A stretch of 53,212 nt of DNA, taken from positions 1 through 53,212 of the forward strand of contig JACQTY010000032.1 in NCBI GenBank assembly GCA_016210545.1, given 5' to 3'. The notes beneath the pieces are model-generated. The model had not been told where the DNA came from. It ran no database searches and saw only the letters and a program-made list of their open reading frames with translations. Shown here piece by piece: positions 26,829-35,334 of this stretch. How positions within the stretch are numbered: the first letter of the stretch is position 1; the number at the start of each line of letters is the position of its first letter. Both the position numbers and the translations under genes were made by a program. The DNA is from Chloroflexota bacterium. GTDB lineage: Bacteria; Chloroflexota; Dehalococcoidia; JACVQG01.

Positions 26829-28095
26829 ATACCTTATTATAGGCAACTCCGCCGGCGGCATCGGCGCCGTTGAAGCCATCCGCGAGGTGGACAAAGATGG
26901 CGCCATCACCATTGTCTCCGACGAGCCTTACCCGGCCTATTCCCGGCCTATGATCTCGGAGTACCTCTGCGGCGAGCGCAATCTGGAGCAGATACTCTAC
27001 CGGCCTTCCGATATGTACAGCCGTAACCACATCGACGCCCGGCTGGGCAAGAAGGTTGTGAAGCTTCACATCGACGCCCGGCAGGCCGAGTTAGAGGGTG
27101 GCGAGAAGATCGGCTGGGAGAAGCTGCTGTTGGCTACCGGAGGCACGCCCATCGTCCCGGCTATGGAGGGCATGGGCAAGCGGGGCATCTCCACCTTCAC
27201 CACTCTGGACGACGCCAAGGCCATCGAAGCCCTGAAAGGCCAGGCCCGCCGCGCCGTGGTCATCGGCGGCGGGCTCATCGGCATGAGCGTTACCGAGGCC
27301 CTGGTCAAGCTGGGCCTGGAGGTGGCGGTCGTCGAGTTGATGGACCGCGTGCTGGGCGCCCTCCTGGACGAGCCAGCCTCCCGCCTGGTGGAGACAAAGC
27401 TGCTGTCCAACGGGGTCAAGCTCTACACCGACAAGACGGTCAAGACCATCGCCGGCCGGGGCGCCAACGACAGCATCGTGGGTGGGGTTGTGCTGTCCGA
27501 CGGCCAGAAGCTGGACTGCGACCTGGTAATTGTGGCCATCGGCGTCAGCCCGCGGACGCAACTGGTCAAGGATACCCTGGTGAAGCTCAACCGGGGCATT
27601 GTGGTGGACAACCACATGGCTACGAACGTCGCCGGCATCCATGCCTGCGGCGACGTGGCCGAGGCCTACGACTATGTTTACAGGACCTTCCGTTTGACGC
27701 CCATCTGGCCCAATGCCTACGTGGGCGGGCGCGTTGCCGGGTTCAACATGGCGGGGAAGACCACCGAGTACCGGGGCGGCACCAATGCCAACTCGCTGAA
27801 ATACTTCGGCCTGCCAGTGGTGACCGCCGGAATGGTGAACCCGCCGTCGAAAGACGGGCTGGAGATTATCTCGAAGGCTGAGGGCGATGTCTACAAGAAG
27901 GTTATCCTCAAGGGTGGCCGCATCCAGGGCATAGTGTTCATGGGGGATATCCAGCGGTCGGGGATAGTCTTCGGGCTGATGCGGGATGGGGTGGATGTGA
28001 CCGGTTTCAAGGACAAACTGCTTTCCGAGGACTTCGGTCTGAGCTATCTGCCGGAGTCAATGCGCAAAGAGAAGATAAAGGCCGGCTCCCGGTAG
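26821..28095 (+). CDS. NAD(P)/FAD-dependent pyridine-nucleotide-disulfide-family oxidoreductase
   Basis: 424 aa. Two Rossmann dinucleotide motifs (IIGNSAGGIGA, VVIGGGLIGMS) plus ACGDVA. Overlaps the preceding gene by 8 nt. Confidence 0.85.
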   Translation: MPEYLIIGNSAGGIGAVEAIREVDKDGAITIVSDEPYPAYSRPMISEYLCGERNLEQILYRPSDMYSRNHIDARLGKKVVKLHIDARQAELEGGEKIGWEKLLLATGGTPIVPAMEGMGKRGISTFTTLDDAKAIEALKGQARRAVVIGGGLIGMSVTEALVKLGLEVAVVELMDRVLGALLDEPASRLVETKLLSNGVKLYTDKTVKTIAGRGANDSIVGGVVLSDGQKLDCDLVIVAIGVSPRTQLVKDTLVKLNRGIVVDNHMATNVAGIHACGDVAEAYDYVYRTFRLTPIWPNAYVGGRVAGFNMAGKTTEYRGGTNANSLKYFGLPVVTAGMVNPPSKDGLEIISKAEGDVYKKVILKGGRIQGIVFMGDIQRSGIVFGLMRDGVDVTGFKDKLLSEDFGLSYLPESMRKEKIKAGSR

Positions 28096-28190
28096 GGGCG
28101 ACCCCCTGTGGTCGCCCGCCCGTGCCGGAGGGCAGGCACGGGGGCCTGCCCCAACATAGGGTTACAAGGATGTTTTTCAGGGGTGAACTG

Positions 28191-29348
28191 ATGAAGGATC
28201 TAGCACTCATACAGAACCCACATCGGGATGACAAGGTCATGGATGCCTGCGGCCTTTTCGGCATCATGGACACCTCCGGGAAGCGGTTCTCCGGAGCGGA
28301 CATCCTCAAGGCCATGACCAACATGCACGACCGCGGCAACGGCCTCGGCGGGGGCTTCGCCGCCTATGGCATCTACCCCGATCACGCGGAGTATTATGCC
28401 CTTCACATCATATTCATGACGCCGGCGGCCCGCCGCGAGACCGAGGACTTCCTCAAGCATAGTTTCTACCGTGTCCACGACGAGGACGTACCTACCCGCC
28501 CCACCAAAGGCATTGTCAACCCGCCCCAGTTGCGGCGGTACTTCGTGGACGTTGGCGAGCACCGCCCCGCCGACGTGGTCGACAACGACTATGTGGTGGA
28601 ACGGGTCATGGAGATAAATGCCAGGATCGACGGCGCCTTTGTGTTCTCCAGCGGCAAGAACATGGGCGTCTTCAAGGGCGTCGGCTTCCCCGAGGACATC
28701 GGGAACTACTTCCGGCTGGAGGAGTACCAGGGCTATCTGTGGACCGGCCATAGCCGCTTCCCCACCAATACCCCCGGCTGGTGGGGTGGGGCGCACCCCT
28801 TCAACATCCTCGACTGGACCGTCGTGCACAACGGTGAGATCTCTTCATACGGCATCAACCGGCGCTACCTGGAGCAGTTCGGCTACAAGTGCACCATGCA
28901 GACCGACACCGAGGTAGTGGCCTACGGGGTCGACCTGCTCATCCGTCGCCACGGCCTGCCCATCGAGGTGGTGGCCAAGGTCTTCGCCCCGCCCTTCTGG
29001 AGCCAGATCGAACGGGCGCCGAAGGCCGACCAAGAGCTATTCCGCACGCTGCGACAGGTCTATCCCAGCCTGCTGCTTAACGGGCCGTTCACCGTCATTA
29101 TCGCCCACCAGGGGGAGATGATCGGCCTCACCGACCGCATACGCCTGCGCCCCCTGACGGTGGGCGTGAAAGGCAGCATCGTGTATCTGGCATCGGAGGA
29201 AGCGCCTATCCGTCTTGTCTGTCCTGACGTGGAGAAGACGTGGATACCCAACGGCGGCGAGCCTGTTGTAGGCCGCCTGAGCACGGCGCCCGGCCCGCAG
29301 TTGCCGACGCCGACCCGGCGTGGAATTCTAGTAGAGGTAGCCCCATGA
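28191..29348 (+). CDS. class-II glutamine amidotransferase domain protein (archaeal-type GltB domain 1)
   Basis: The catalytic Cys context MDACGLFGIM and HSRFPTNT are typical of Ntn GATase-2. Start is uncertain (ATG 28170, 28191 or 28239). Confidence 0.8.
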   Translation: MKDLALIQNPHRDDKVMDACGLFGIMDTSGKRFSGADILKAMTNMHDRGNGLGGGFAAYGIYPDHAEYYALHIIFMTPAARRETEDFLKHSFYRVHDEDVPTRPTKGIVNPPQLRRYFVDVGEHRPADVVDNDYVVERVMEINARIDGAFVFSSGKNMGVFKGVGFPEDIGNYFRLEEYQGYLWTGHSRFPTNTPGWWGGAHPFNILDWTVVHNGEISSYGINRRYLEQFGYKCTMQTDTEVVAYGVDLLIRRHGLPIEVVAKVFAPPFWSQIERAPKADQELFRTLRQVYPSLLLNGPFTVIIAHQGEMIGLTDRIRLRPLTVGVKGSIVYLASEEAPIRLVCPDVEKTWIPNGGEPVVGRLSTAPGPQLPTPTRRGILVEVAP

Positions 29349-30850
29349 AGACCTACGTTCCCAACAAGTTCATTGTCGAGAGAGACGAGAGCAAGTGCGT
29401 CGGTTGCCAGGTGTGCGTCACCCAGTGTAGCTTTGAGACCCATTCCTGGGATGGCGAGGAGCAGGCGGTGAAGAGCCAGCAGGACCGCTGCGTGGGCTGT
29501 CACCGTTGCGCCATGTTCTGCCCCACCGGCGCCATCACCATCCGGCGCAACCCGCTGGAGTACCGCGAGAACTATAACTGGCGGGCGGAGTACATCGAGG
29601 ACGTTTACAAGCAGGCGGAGACGGGCGGCGTGCTGCTGACCGGCATGGGCACCGACAAGCCCCACAAGATCTACTGGGACCATCTGGTGCTGAATGCCAG
29701 CCAGGTTACCAACCCCTCCATAGACCCGCTGCGCGAGCCGATGGAGCTGCGCACCTATCTGGGCCGCAAGCCGGAGAAGGTGGAGCTTGGTCCGGGCAAC
29801 GCCTCTCTGAAGACCCGGCTGGCGCCCCAGGTGCCCATCGAGGTGCCGGTGATGTTCTCGGCTATGTCGTACGGGGCCGTCAGCATCAATGTCCACGAGT
29901 CCCTGGCGCGGGCGGCTACTGAGGCGGGCACGCTGTTCAACACCGGCGAGGGTGGCCTCCATCCCAAGCTGTACAAATATGGCCAGAACACCATTGTCCA
30001 GGTGGCGTCGGGGCGCTTCGGCGTCCACGCCGAGTACCTGGACGTGGGCCGGGTTATTGAGATAAAGATCGGACAGGGGGCCAAGCCGGGCATCGGCGGG
30101 CACCTGCCCGGCGAAAAGGTGAGCAAAGAGGTCGCCGAGGTGCGCATGATCCCCATGGGGACCGATGCCCTGTCCCCCGCCCCGCACCATGACATCTACT
30201 CCATCGAGGACCTGTCCCAGCTTATCTATGCGTTGAAGGAGGCCACCAACTACACCAAGCCGGTATCGGTGAAGATCGCCGCTGTCCACAACGCCGCGGC
30301 CATAGCCAGCGGCATGGTGCGGGCCGGCGCCGACATCATCGCCCTGGACGGCATCCGCGGGGCCACCGGCGCTGCCCCCAAGATAATCCGGGACAACGTG
30401 GGCATACCCATCGAGCTGGCCATCGCCTCGGTGGACTCCCGGCTGCGGGCCGAGGGTATCCGGAACCAGGCGTCGCTGGTGGCGGCGGGCGGCTTCCGCA
30501 ACGCCGGCGACGTGGTCAAGGCCATCGCCCTGGGAGCCGATGCCGTCTACATCGGCACCGCGGCCCTGATCGCTATGGGCTGCGCCGTGTGCCAGCAGTG
30601 CCACACCGGCAAGTGTGCCTGGGGCATCTGCACCTCCGACATTACCCTGACCAAGCGCCTCAATCCTGACATCGGCTCCCGGCGTCTGGCCAATCTGCTC
30701 CGGGCATGGAGCCTGGAGATAAAAGATATCCTGGGCGGCCTGGGCGTCAACGCCCTGGAGAGCCTGCGGGGCAACCGCCTGCACCTGCGGGGCGTCGACC
30801 TGACCGACACCGAGTTGAAGGTCCTGGGCGTGCAGATGGCGGGGGAATAG
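29345..30850 (+). CDS. glutamate synthase FMN-binding domain protein (GltB domain 2) with N-terminal 2x[4Fe-4S]
   Basis: Start ATG 29345 (ATGA overlap with the upstream stop). CVGCQVCVTQC and CVGCHRCAMFCP. GOGAT core FSAMSYGA, NTGEGG, IKI.QGAKPG.GG.LPG.KV, DG..GATGAAP. Confidence 0.85.
   Translation: MKTYVPNKFIVERDESKCVGCQVCVTQCSFETHSWDGEEQAVKSQQDRCVGCHRCAMFCPTGAITIRRNPLEYRENYNWRAEYIEDVYKQAETGGVLLTGMGTDKPHKIYWDHLVLNASQVTNPSIDPLREPMELRTYLGRKPEKVELGPGNASLKTRLAPQVPIEVPVMFSAMSYGAVSINVHESLARAATEAGTLFNTGEGGLHPKLYKYGQNTIVQVASGRFGVHAEYLDVGRVIEIKIGQGAKPGIGGHLPGEKVSKEVAEVRMIPMGTDALSPAPHHDIYSIEDLSQLIYALKEATNYTKPVSVKIAAVHNAAAIASGMVRAGADIIALDGIRGATGAAPKIIRDNVGIPIELAIASVDSRLRAEGIRNQASLVAAGGFRNAGDVVKAIALGADAVYIGTAALIAMGCAVCQQCHTGKCAWGICTSDITLTKRLNPDIGSRRLANLLRAWSLEIKDILGGLGVNALESLRGNRLHLRGVDLTDTELKVLGVQMAGE
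30684..30850 (+). repeat. direct repeat R1 = functional 3' end of the FMN-domain gene
   Basis: Near-identical to 31483-31652. The copies share 71 nt, then 1 substitution, 10 identical nt, a 13 vs 16 nt replaced block, then 68 identical nt. Confidence 0.9.
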
Positions 30851-30918
30851 ACCAGCTTGTTTTTCGCATTCCTGCCGGAGAACTAAGTTTTAGTTGAGCG
30901 TATGCTATAAGGACACAC

Positions 30919-31233
30919 GTGTTAGATAGTGTGCGTAAATGCTTTGCGTTGGAGAGGGCGCTCTATACCAGGCATGCCAGGCAAGAAATGCTGGGTGAGG
31001 AACTTGGGACTATAACTGATGGTGAGGTATTTGAGGCAATCCAAGCGGGGGAGGTCATTGAGAGCTATCCAGAGGATGAACCATATCCGAGCATCTTAAT
31101 ACTCGGCAAAACAGCACAAAAGAGGACTCTTCACCTGGTGTGCGCTTATTCTGAACAGGATGACCTTGCCATAGTAATAACTACTTATGAGCCGGATCCA
31201 TCTCGTTGGGTTGATGAGAGGAGGAGACGATGA
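30919..31233 (+). CDS. DUF4258-domain toxin-like protein
   Basis: 104 aa, low GC. YTRHARQEM...GEVIESYPEDEPYPSILILG...LHLVCAY...IVITTYEPD matches the DUF4258 pattern. Confidence 0.75.
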   Translation: MLDSVRKCFALERALYTRHARQEMLGEELGTITDGEVFEAIQAGEVIESYPEDEPYPSILILGKTAQKRTLHLVCAYSEQDDLAIVITTYEPDPSRWVDERRRR

Positions 31234-31463
31234 AGTGCGTAATCTGCAATAGTCCACATGTTGAAAATAAGCTGGTAGAAGAAGAAATCCACTCCGGACA
31301 GGATATCGTTATTGTGCCTATTGAAGTAGTGGTCTGCATGAATTGCGGCGAGCGGTACTATGACCGCAGGATGATGAGGTTTCTGGAGGAAACCGAGAGG
31401 AAGATAGCTAACAAGCAGATGAACCTTTCTCCTGTAGGGAAGGTACTTAGACCTACTGCTTAG
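31230..31463 (+). CDS. YgiT-type zinc-finger (MqsA N-terminal-like) antitoxin
   Basis: 77 aa. CVIC...(28)...CMNCGERYYD is the typical YgiT zinc ribbon. 4-nt overlap with the upstream gene. Confidence 0.75.
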   Translation: MKCVICNSPHVENKLVEEEIHSGQDIVIVPIEVVVCMNCGERYYDRRMMRFLEETERKIANKQMNLSPVGKVLRPTA

Positions 31464-31482
31464 CCCGGATATGGCGCCTGCT

Positions 31483-31652
31483 GTCTGGCCAATCTGCTCC
31501 GGGCATGGAGCCTGGAGATAAAAGATATCCTGGGCGGCCTGGGCGTCAACGCCATGGAGAGCCTTCCCGATGCATCGGGACTGCACCTGCGGGGCGTCGA
31601 CCTGACCGACACCGAGTTGAAGGTCCTGGGCGTGCAGATGGCGGGGGAGTGA
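31483..31652 (+). repeat. direct repeat R2 = orphan copy of the FMN-domain gene 3' end carrying a CCCGA-TGCA-TCGGG hairpin
   Basis: See R1. It still reads in frame to a stop (..ESLPDASGLHLRGVDLTDTELKVLGVQMAGE*). The hairpin is at 31565-31580. Confidence 0.9.
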
Positions 31653-31754
31653 GAGGCGAGATGTGGGAAGTGGGAGGTGGGGGGCACGGTCCTGTAGGGG
31701 CAGACCACCGTGTCTGCCCTACGCAAGCATCCTTCGAAAGGTAGTAGAGGAGAT

Positions 31755-32396
31755 ATGCCTTCCGAGCAGAAAGGGCCTAACGAAGACGCCCAGGGCTTGC
31801 ATGATTTTGTTAGCTGGCTGGTTCGCCCGCATCTCCCCTGGGAGAAGCCCAGCGAACAGGCACTTCAACATGTGTCCTCGCTAGTCCGGCGGCCGCCGTA
31901 CAGGGTTTTCTGCGACCAGCTACTTGAGGGCAGCGCCAAGAGTTTTCAAGATTTCATCGCAGAGCTTTTTCGGAAACGGGGGTTTGATGTAAGCCCAGGA
32001 CCACCGGGAGCAGACGAAGGGGTAGATTTACTACTTACAAGCTCTGAAGGAAACTTCATTGTCCAATGCAAAAGATGGAAAGGAAAAGTGGGCGTTCCAG
32101 TTGTAAGAGAGGTTTATGGAGCGTTCAATTGGTTCCAGAAGAAGATGGCACTCAAAGGTGCGCTTATAATACTAATGGTCTCATAATAGTCTGAAGCCAA
32201 ATGACCTTTGTGCTGAGGCCAGCAAGACCATACTAATATAAGACGATTAGTAACCGTAAGCGAATTTACCGACCAAGCCAAGGATTTTGTAAGCGAATTG
32301 GAAGTCCCACTGCAACTTATTGATGGTAGGCAATTGTTTGAGTTGGTTAGCCAGCATTGGCCAGATGCCCTGGTAAGCCAGAAGAAGGGGAATTAG
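31755..32396 (+). pseudogene. Mrr-cat restriction-endonuclease-domain gene, disrupted
   Basis: N-terminal part FQDFIAELFRKRGFDV..GADEGVDLLL..IVQCKRWKGKVGVPVVREVYGA ends at TAA 32184. The C-terminal part LVTVSEFTDQAKDFVSELEVPLQLIDGRQLFELV continues in the same frame from about 32247. Between them lie four in-frame stops (TAA TAG .. TGA .. TGA). Confidence 0.65.
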
Positions 32397-32430
32397 GGAC
32401 ATATAGCGTCCCGTAAGGGGCTAGAGCTTC

Positions 32431-32787
32431 ATGGGTACTTTTTCCCAATCAGTGCAAATCGCACCTTCGCCGGACGGCCCTTTCCAAACTGTGAAAGCGC
32501 TGGTGGACACAGGCGCCACCTACACCTGCCTTCCCCGAACTCTTCTGGAGAAGCTGGGCATAGCCCCGCGGGAAAAGCAAATGTTCATTCTGGCGGACGG
32601 GCGACGAGTGGAATACGAGCTAGCCGAGGTGCGACTGCGCATTGATGGACGGGAAAGGTTCACCGTCTGCGTCTTCGGGGAAGAGGGTGCCCCCGCTTTG
32701 CTGGGAGCGGTTACCCTTGAGGAATTCGGACTGGGTGTTGACCATGTCGGAAAGCGTTTAGTCCCCGTGCCGGGATACCTGGTCTGA
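32431..32787 (+). CDS. retropepsin-like (clan AA) aspartyl protease
   Basis: 118 aa with the catalytic LVDTGAT motif and a C-terminal LLG..L pattern, as in bacterial single-domain retropepsins. Confidence 0.75.
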   Translation: MGTFSQSVQIAPSPDGPFQTVKALVDTGATYTCLPRTLLEKLGIAPREKQMFILADGRRVEYELAEVRLRIDGRERFTVCVFGEEGAPALLGAVTLEEFGLGVDHVGKRLVPVPGYLV

Positions 32788-32825
32788 GAAGATTATAGAG
32801 AAGCTCTTTCCTTGAGGAGTCATTC

Positions 32826-33590
32826 ATGAACACGACTGTAAAGACCGTAAAGATCGATGCTGCCGGGGTCTACTACCGGGACCTGAACGCCCGCCTGCGG
32901 GAGCACGTCCAGAACAGTCCCGATGGATTGGGATACATCGAGATCCGTAACGTCTGCGGCCAGCGCTACATCGGCACCGACCTGGACAAGCCCGTCAAGA
33001 TCGACATCTACGGCGTCCCCGGCAACGACCTGGGGGCGTTCATGGATGGGCCGCAGATAACGGTCCATGGCAACGCCCAGGACGGCCTGGGCAACACCAT
33101 GAACAACGGAGAGATTGTCGTCCACGGCCATGCCGGCGATATCCTGGCCATGTCAGCCCGCGGCGGCAGGATCTTCGTCAAGGAGGACGTGGGCTACCGG
33201 GCGGGAATCCACATGAAGGAATACAAAGAGAAGAAGCCGATCGTGGTCATCGGCGGCGTCGCCCAGGACTTCATGGCCGAGTATATGGCCGGAGGGGTTA
33301 TGGTGGTGCTGGGACTCGGCCTGGAGAAAGGCGAATATCACCGGGCCAACTTCATCGGCACCGGCATGCACGCCGGCGTCGTCTACCTGCGGGGCAAGGT
33401 CCACGATTTCCAGTTGGGCAAAGAGGTCGGCGTCAAAGACCTGGATAGCGCCGACCAGCAGGTCCTGGAGGGCCTGGTCAAGGACTTCTCCGGCTACTTC
33501 GGCTACCAGGCAAACGAGATCCTCAAAGAGAAGTTCATCAAGCTGTTCCCGCTGTATTTGAGGCCGTACGGACGGCTGTATGCCGGGTGA
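32826..33590 (+). CDS. glutamate synthase GXGXG-domain protein (GltB domain 3)
   Basis: 254 aa. Repeated beta-helix motifs (VHGNAQDGLGNTMNNGEIVVHGHAGD, GGRIFVKEDVGYRAG, MAGGVMVVLG). Confidence 0.85.
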   Translation: MNTTVKTVKIDAAGVYYRDLNARLREHVQNSPDGLGYIEIRNVCGQRYIGTDLDKPVKIDIYGVPGNDLGAFMDGPQITVHGNAQDGLGNTMNNGEIVVHGHAGDILAMSARGGRIFVKEDVGYRAGIHMKEYKEKKPIVVIGGVAQDFMAEYMAGGVMVVLGLGLEKGEYHRANFIGTGMHAGVVYLRGKVHDFQLGKEVGVKDLDSADQQVLEGLVKDFSGYFGYQANEILKEKFIKLFPLYLRPYGRLYAG

Positions 33591-33893
33591 CCCGGAAATC
33601 CGAAATCCGAAGCACCAAATCTAAACAATATCCAAGCGCGAATGATCCAAACAGGCCTTCGCACTATCACAAACGCTTGGAGTAGTGATGCGTTCGTCAT
33701 TGCGAGAAGTCCCGAATCTTCGGGACGACTAAGCAATCTCCCCTCTAAGAGGGGAGATCAGCCTGACGTCATGAGATTGCTTCGCTGCGGCTCGCAATGA
33801 CGAGGTGGGATTTCGCACAGGCAACTCATTTCATGCTAGTGCGTTTGCATTAGTTTGGAGCTTGGGGCTTGGTATTTGGAGCTTACGTAGAAA

Positions 33894-34928
33894 ATGGTCC
33901 TTTACGATTCCACTGACATAAAACGCAAGCTCTCGGCCATCCTCCGGGTGCTGAGCGAGGCCCGGGAGCCTCTGGGCGCCCGTATCATTGCGCGGCAACT
34001 GGAGACGCAGGGCATCTCCCTCAGCGAGCGCGCTGTCCGTTATCATCTCCAGCTCATGGACGAGCGTGGCCTTACCCAGGGCTTCGGCCGCGATGGACGT
34101 CTCATCACGCCTGCCGGGCGGGAAGAGCTCAAGAATGCCCTGGTCTCCGACAAGGTGGGTTTTGTCATCTCCAAGATCGAGCTTCTCGCCTTCGCCACTA
34201 CCTTCGACATTCAGAAGTGCTGCGGGTTCGTGCCGGTCAACATCTCCTTCTTCCCCAGGGAGAAGCTGGGCGCGGCCGTGGAGGCCATGAAGGTGGCGTT
34301 CAATGCCGGCCTGTGCGTCGCCGACAGGGTGGCTGTGGCCAGGGAAGGCGAAAGACTGGGTGACACTGTCGTCCCGCCGGGCAAGGTGGGCCTGGCCACG
34401 GTGTGCAGCATCTCCGTCAACGGGACGTTGCTCCGGAACGGCGTGCCTATGGACTCGCGCTTTGGCGGCGTCCTGGAGATGCGCAACGGCAAGCCGCTGC
34501 GGTTTGTAGAGCTTATCAGCTACGCCGGGTCGTCGGTGGACCCCTCCTCAGTCTTCATCCGCGGCCGCATGACCAGTGTTCGCGAGGCCGCCAGCCGCGG
34601 CGACGGCAAGATCCTGGCCAATTTCAGGGAGATACCCGCGCCGTGCCGTCCGCTAGCCGAGGCAGCTATTCAGAAGCTGCGAGAGGCAGGCGTTGGGGGC
34701 CTGGTTATAATGGGCCAGCCCAACGAGCCAGTATGCGAGATACCTGTCGGCCTGAACCGGGTGGGTGTGGTGTTGCTGGGTGGGTTGAACCCGGTGGCGG
34801 CTGCGGAAGAGGCCGGCGTCCAGACCGAGAACCGGGCCATGAGCACTACCCTGGAGTACTCGGCGCTACGCCCCTTCGGGGAGCTCGCGGGGACGGTCTA
34901 CCCGGCGGCTGCTCCGCTGGTGTCCTGA
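33894..34928 (+). CDS. nrpR: NrpR-like nitrogen regulatory repressor (wHTH + DUF128 domains)
   Basis: 344 aa. The N-terminus ILRVLSEAREPLGARIIARQLETQGISLSERAVRYHLQLMDERGLT parallels methanogen NrpR, and a long DUF128-like region follows. Confidence 0.75.
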   Translation: MVLYDSTDIKRKLSAILRVLSEAREPLGARIIARQLETQGISLSERAVRYHLQLMDERGLTQGFGRDGRLITPAGREELKNALVSDKVGFVISKIELLAFATTFDIQKCCGFVPVNISFFPREKLGAAVEAMKVAFNAGLCVADRVAVAREGERLGDTVVPPGKVGLATVCSISVNGTLLRNGVPMDSRFGGVLEMRNGKPLRFVELISYAGSSVDPSSVFIRGRMTSVREAASRGDGKILANFREIPAPCRPLAEAAIQKLREAGVGGLVIMGQPNEPVCEIPVGLNRVGVVLLGGLNPVAAAEEAGVQTENRAMSTTLEYSALRPFGELAGTVYPAAAPLVS

Positions 34929-35077
34929 CGGACATTATTTTACAGTATTTGGCTTCTCCTCAGTCGGGTCACCGAACCCAAGCTCCTCACTTGCGAGTCG
35001 TCCACGCCCTGCTTGCTTGCGAAGATGTGCCAGGCCGACGCGTCGGCCCAACCCCCCTTTACGTAAAGGGGGCAGTT

Positions 35078-35099
35078 TCGTCCCGACATGTCGGGACGA
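35078..35099. repeat. representative CCCGA-N4-TCGGG intergenic hairpin (TCGTCCCGA-CATG-TCGGGACGA)
   Basis: One of at least 14 copies in this window; coordinates are listed in the findings. Confidence 0.8.
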
Positions 35100-35276
35100 A
35101 GCGGGGGTTTTCGATGCTAAGCAAAGACATGACGGCAAGTCCCGATGCATCGGGATTGGCCCGGCTTTGTCCGAGTCCGGGTTCCGCGGCCAAAAATATG
35201 ATAACCCGGCGGCCACGGTCGCGTTGGAAAACACGACCTACAAATTGAATCGCTGATTTTGGGCGCGACACTACCC

Positions 35277-35306
35277 TTGACATCCGGGGTGATAGGGGAG
35301 TATCCT
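35277..35306 (+). promoter_or_regulatory. candidate promoter TTGACA-18-TATCCT
   Basis: TTGACA 35277-35282, TATCCT 35301-35306. GAAGGAGAG SD precedes ATG 35335. Confidence 0.4.
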
Positions 35307-35334
35307 CTAGGCCATCGGGCTGAAGGAGAGTAGT

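Noticed and set aside
29060-30784. 574-aa minus-strand ORF
   Set aside because: It is the antisense shadow of the glutamate synthase FMN-domain gene. Its Ala/Gly/Arg/Pro-rich composition is low-complexity and typical of open antisense frames in high-GC DNA, and the plus-strand gene has clear family motifs.
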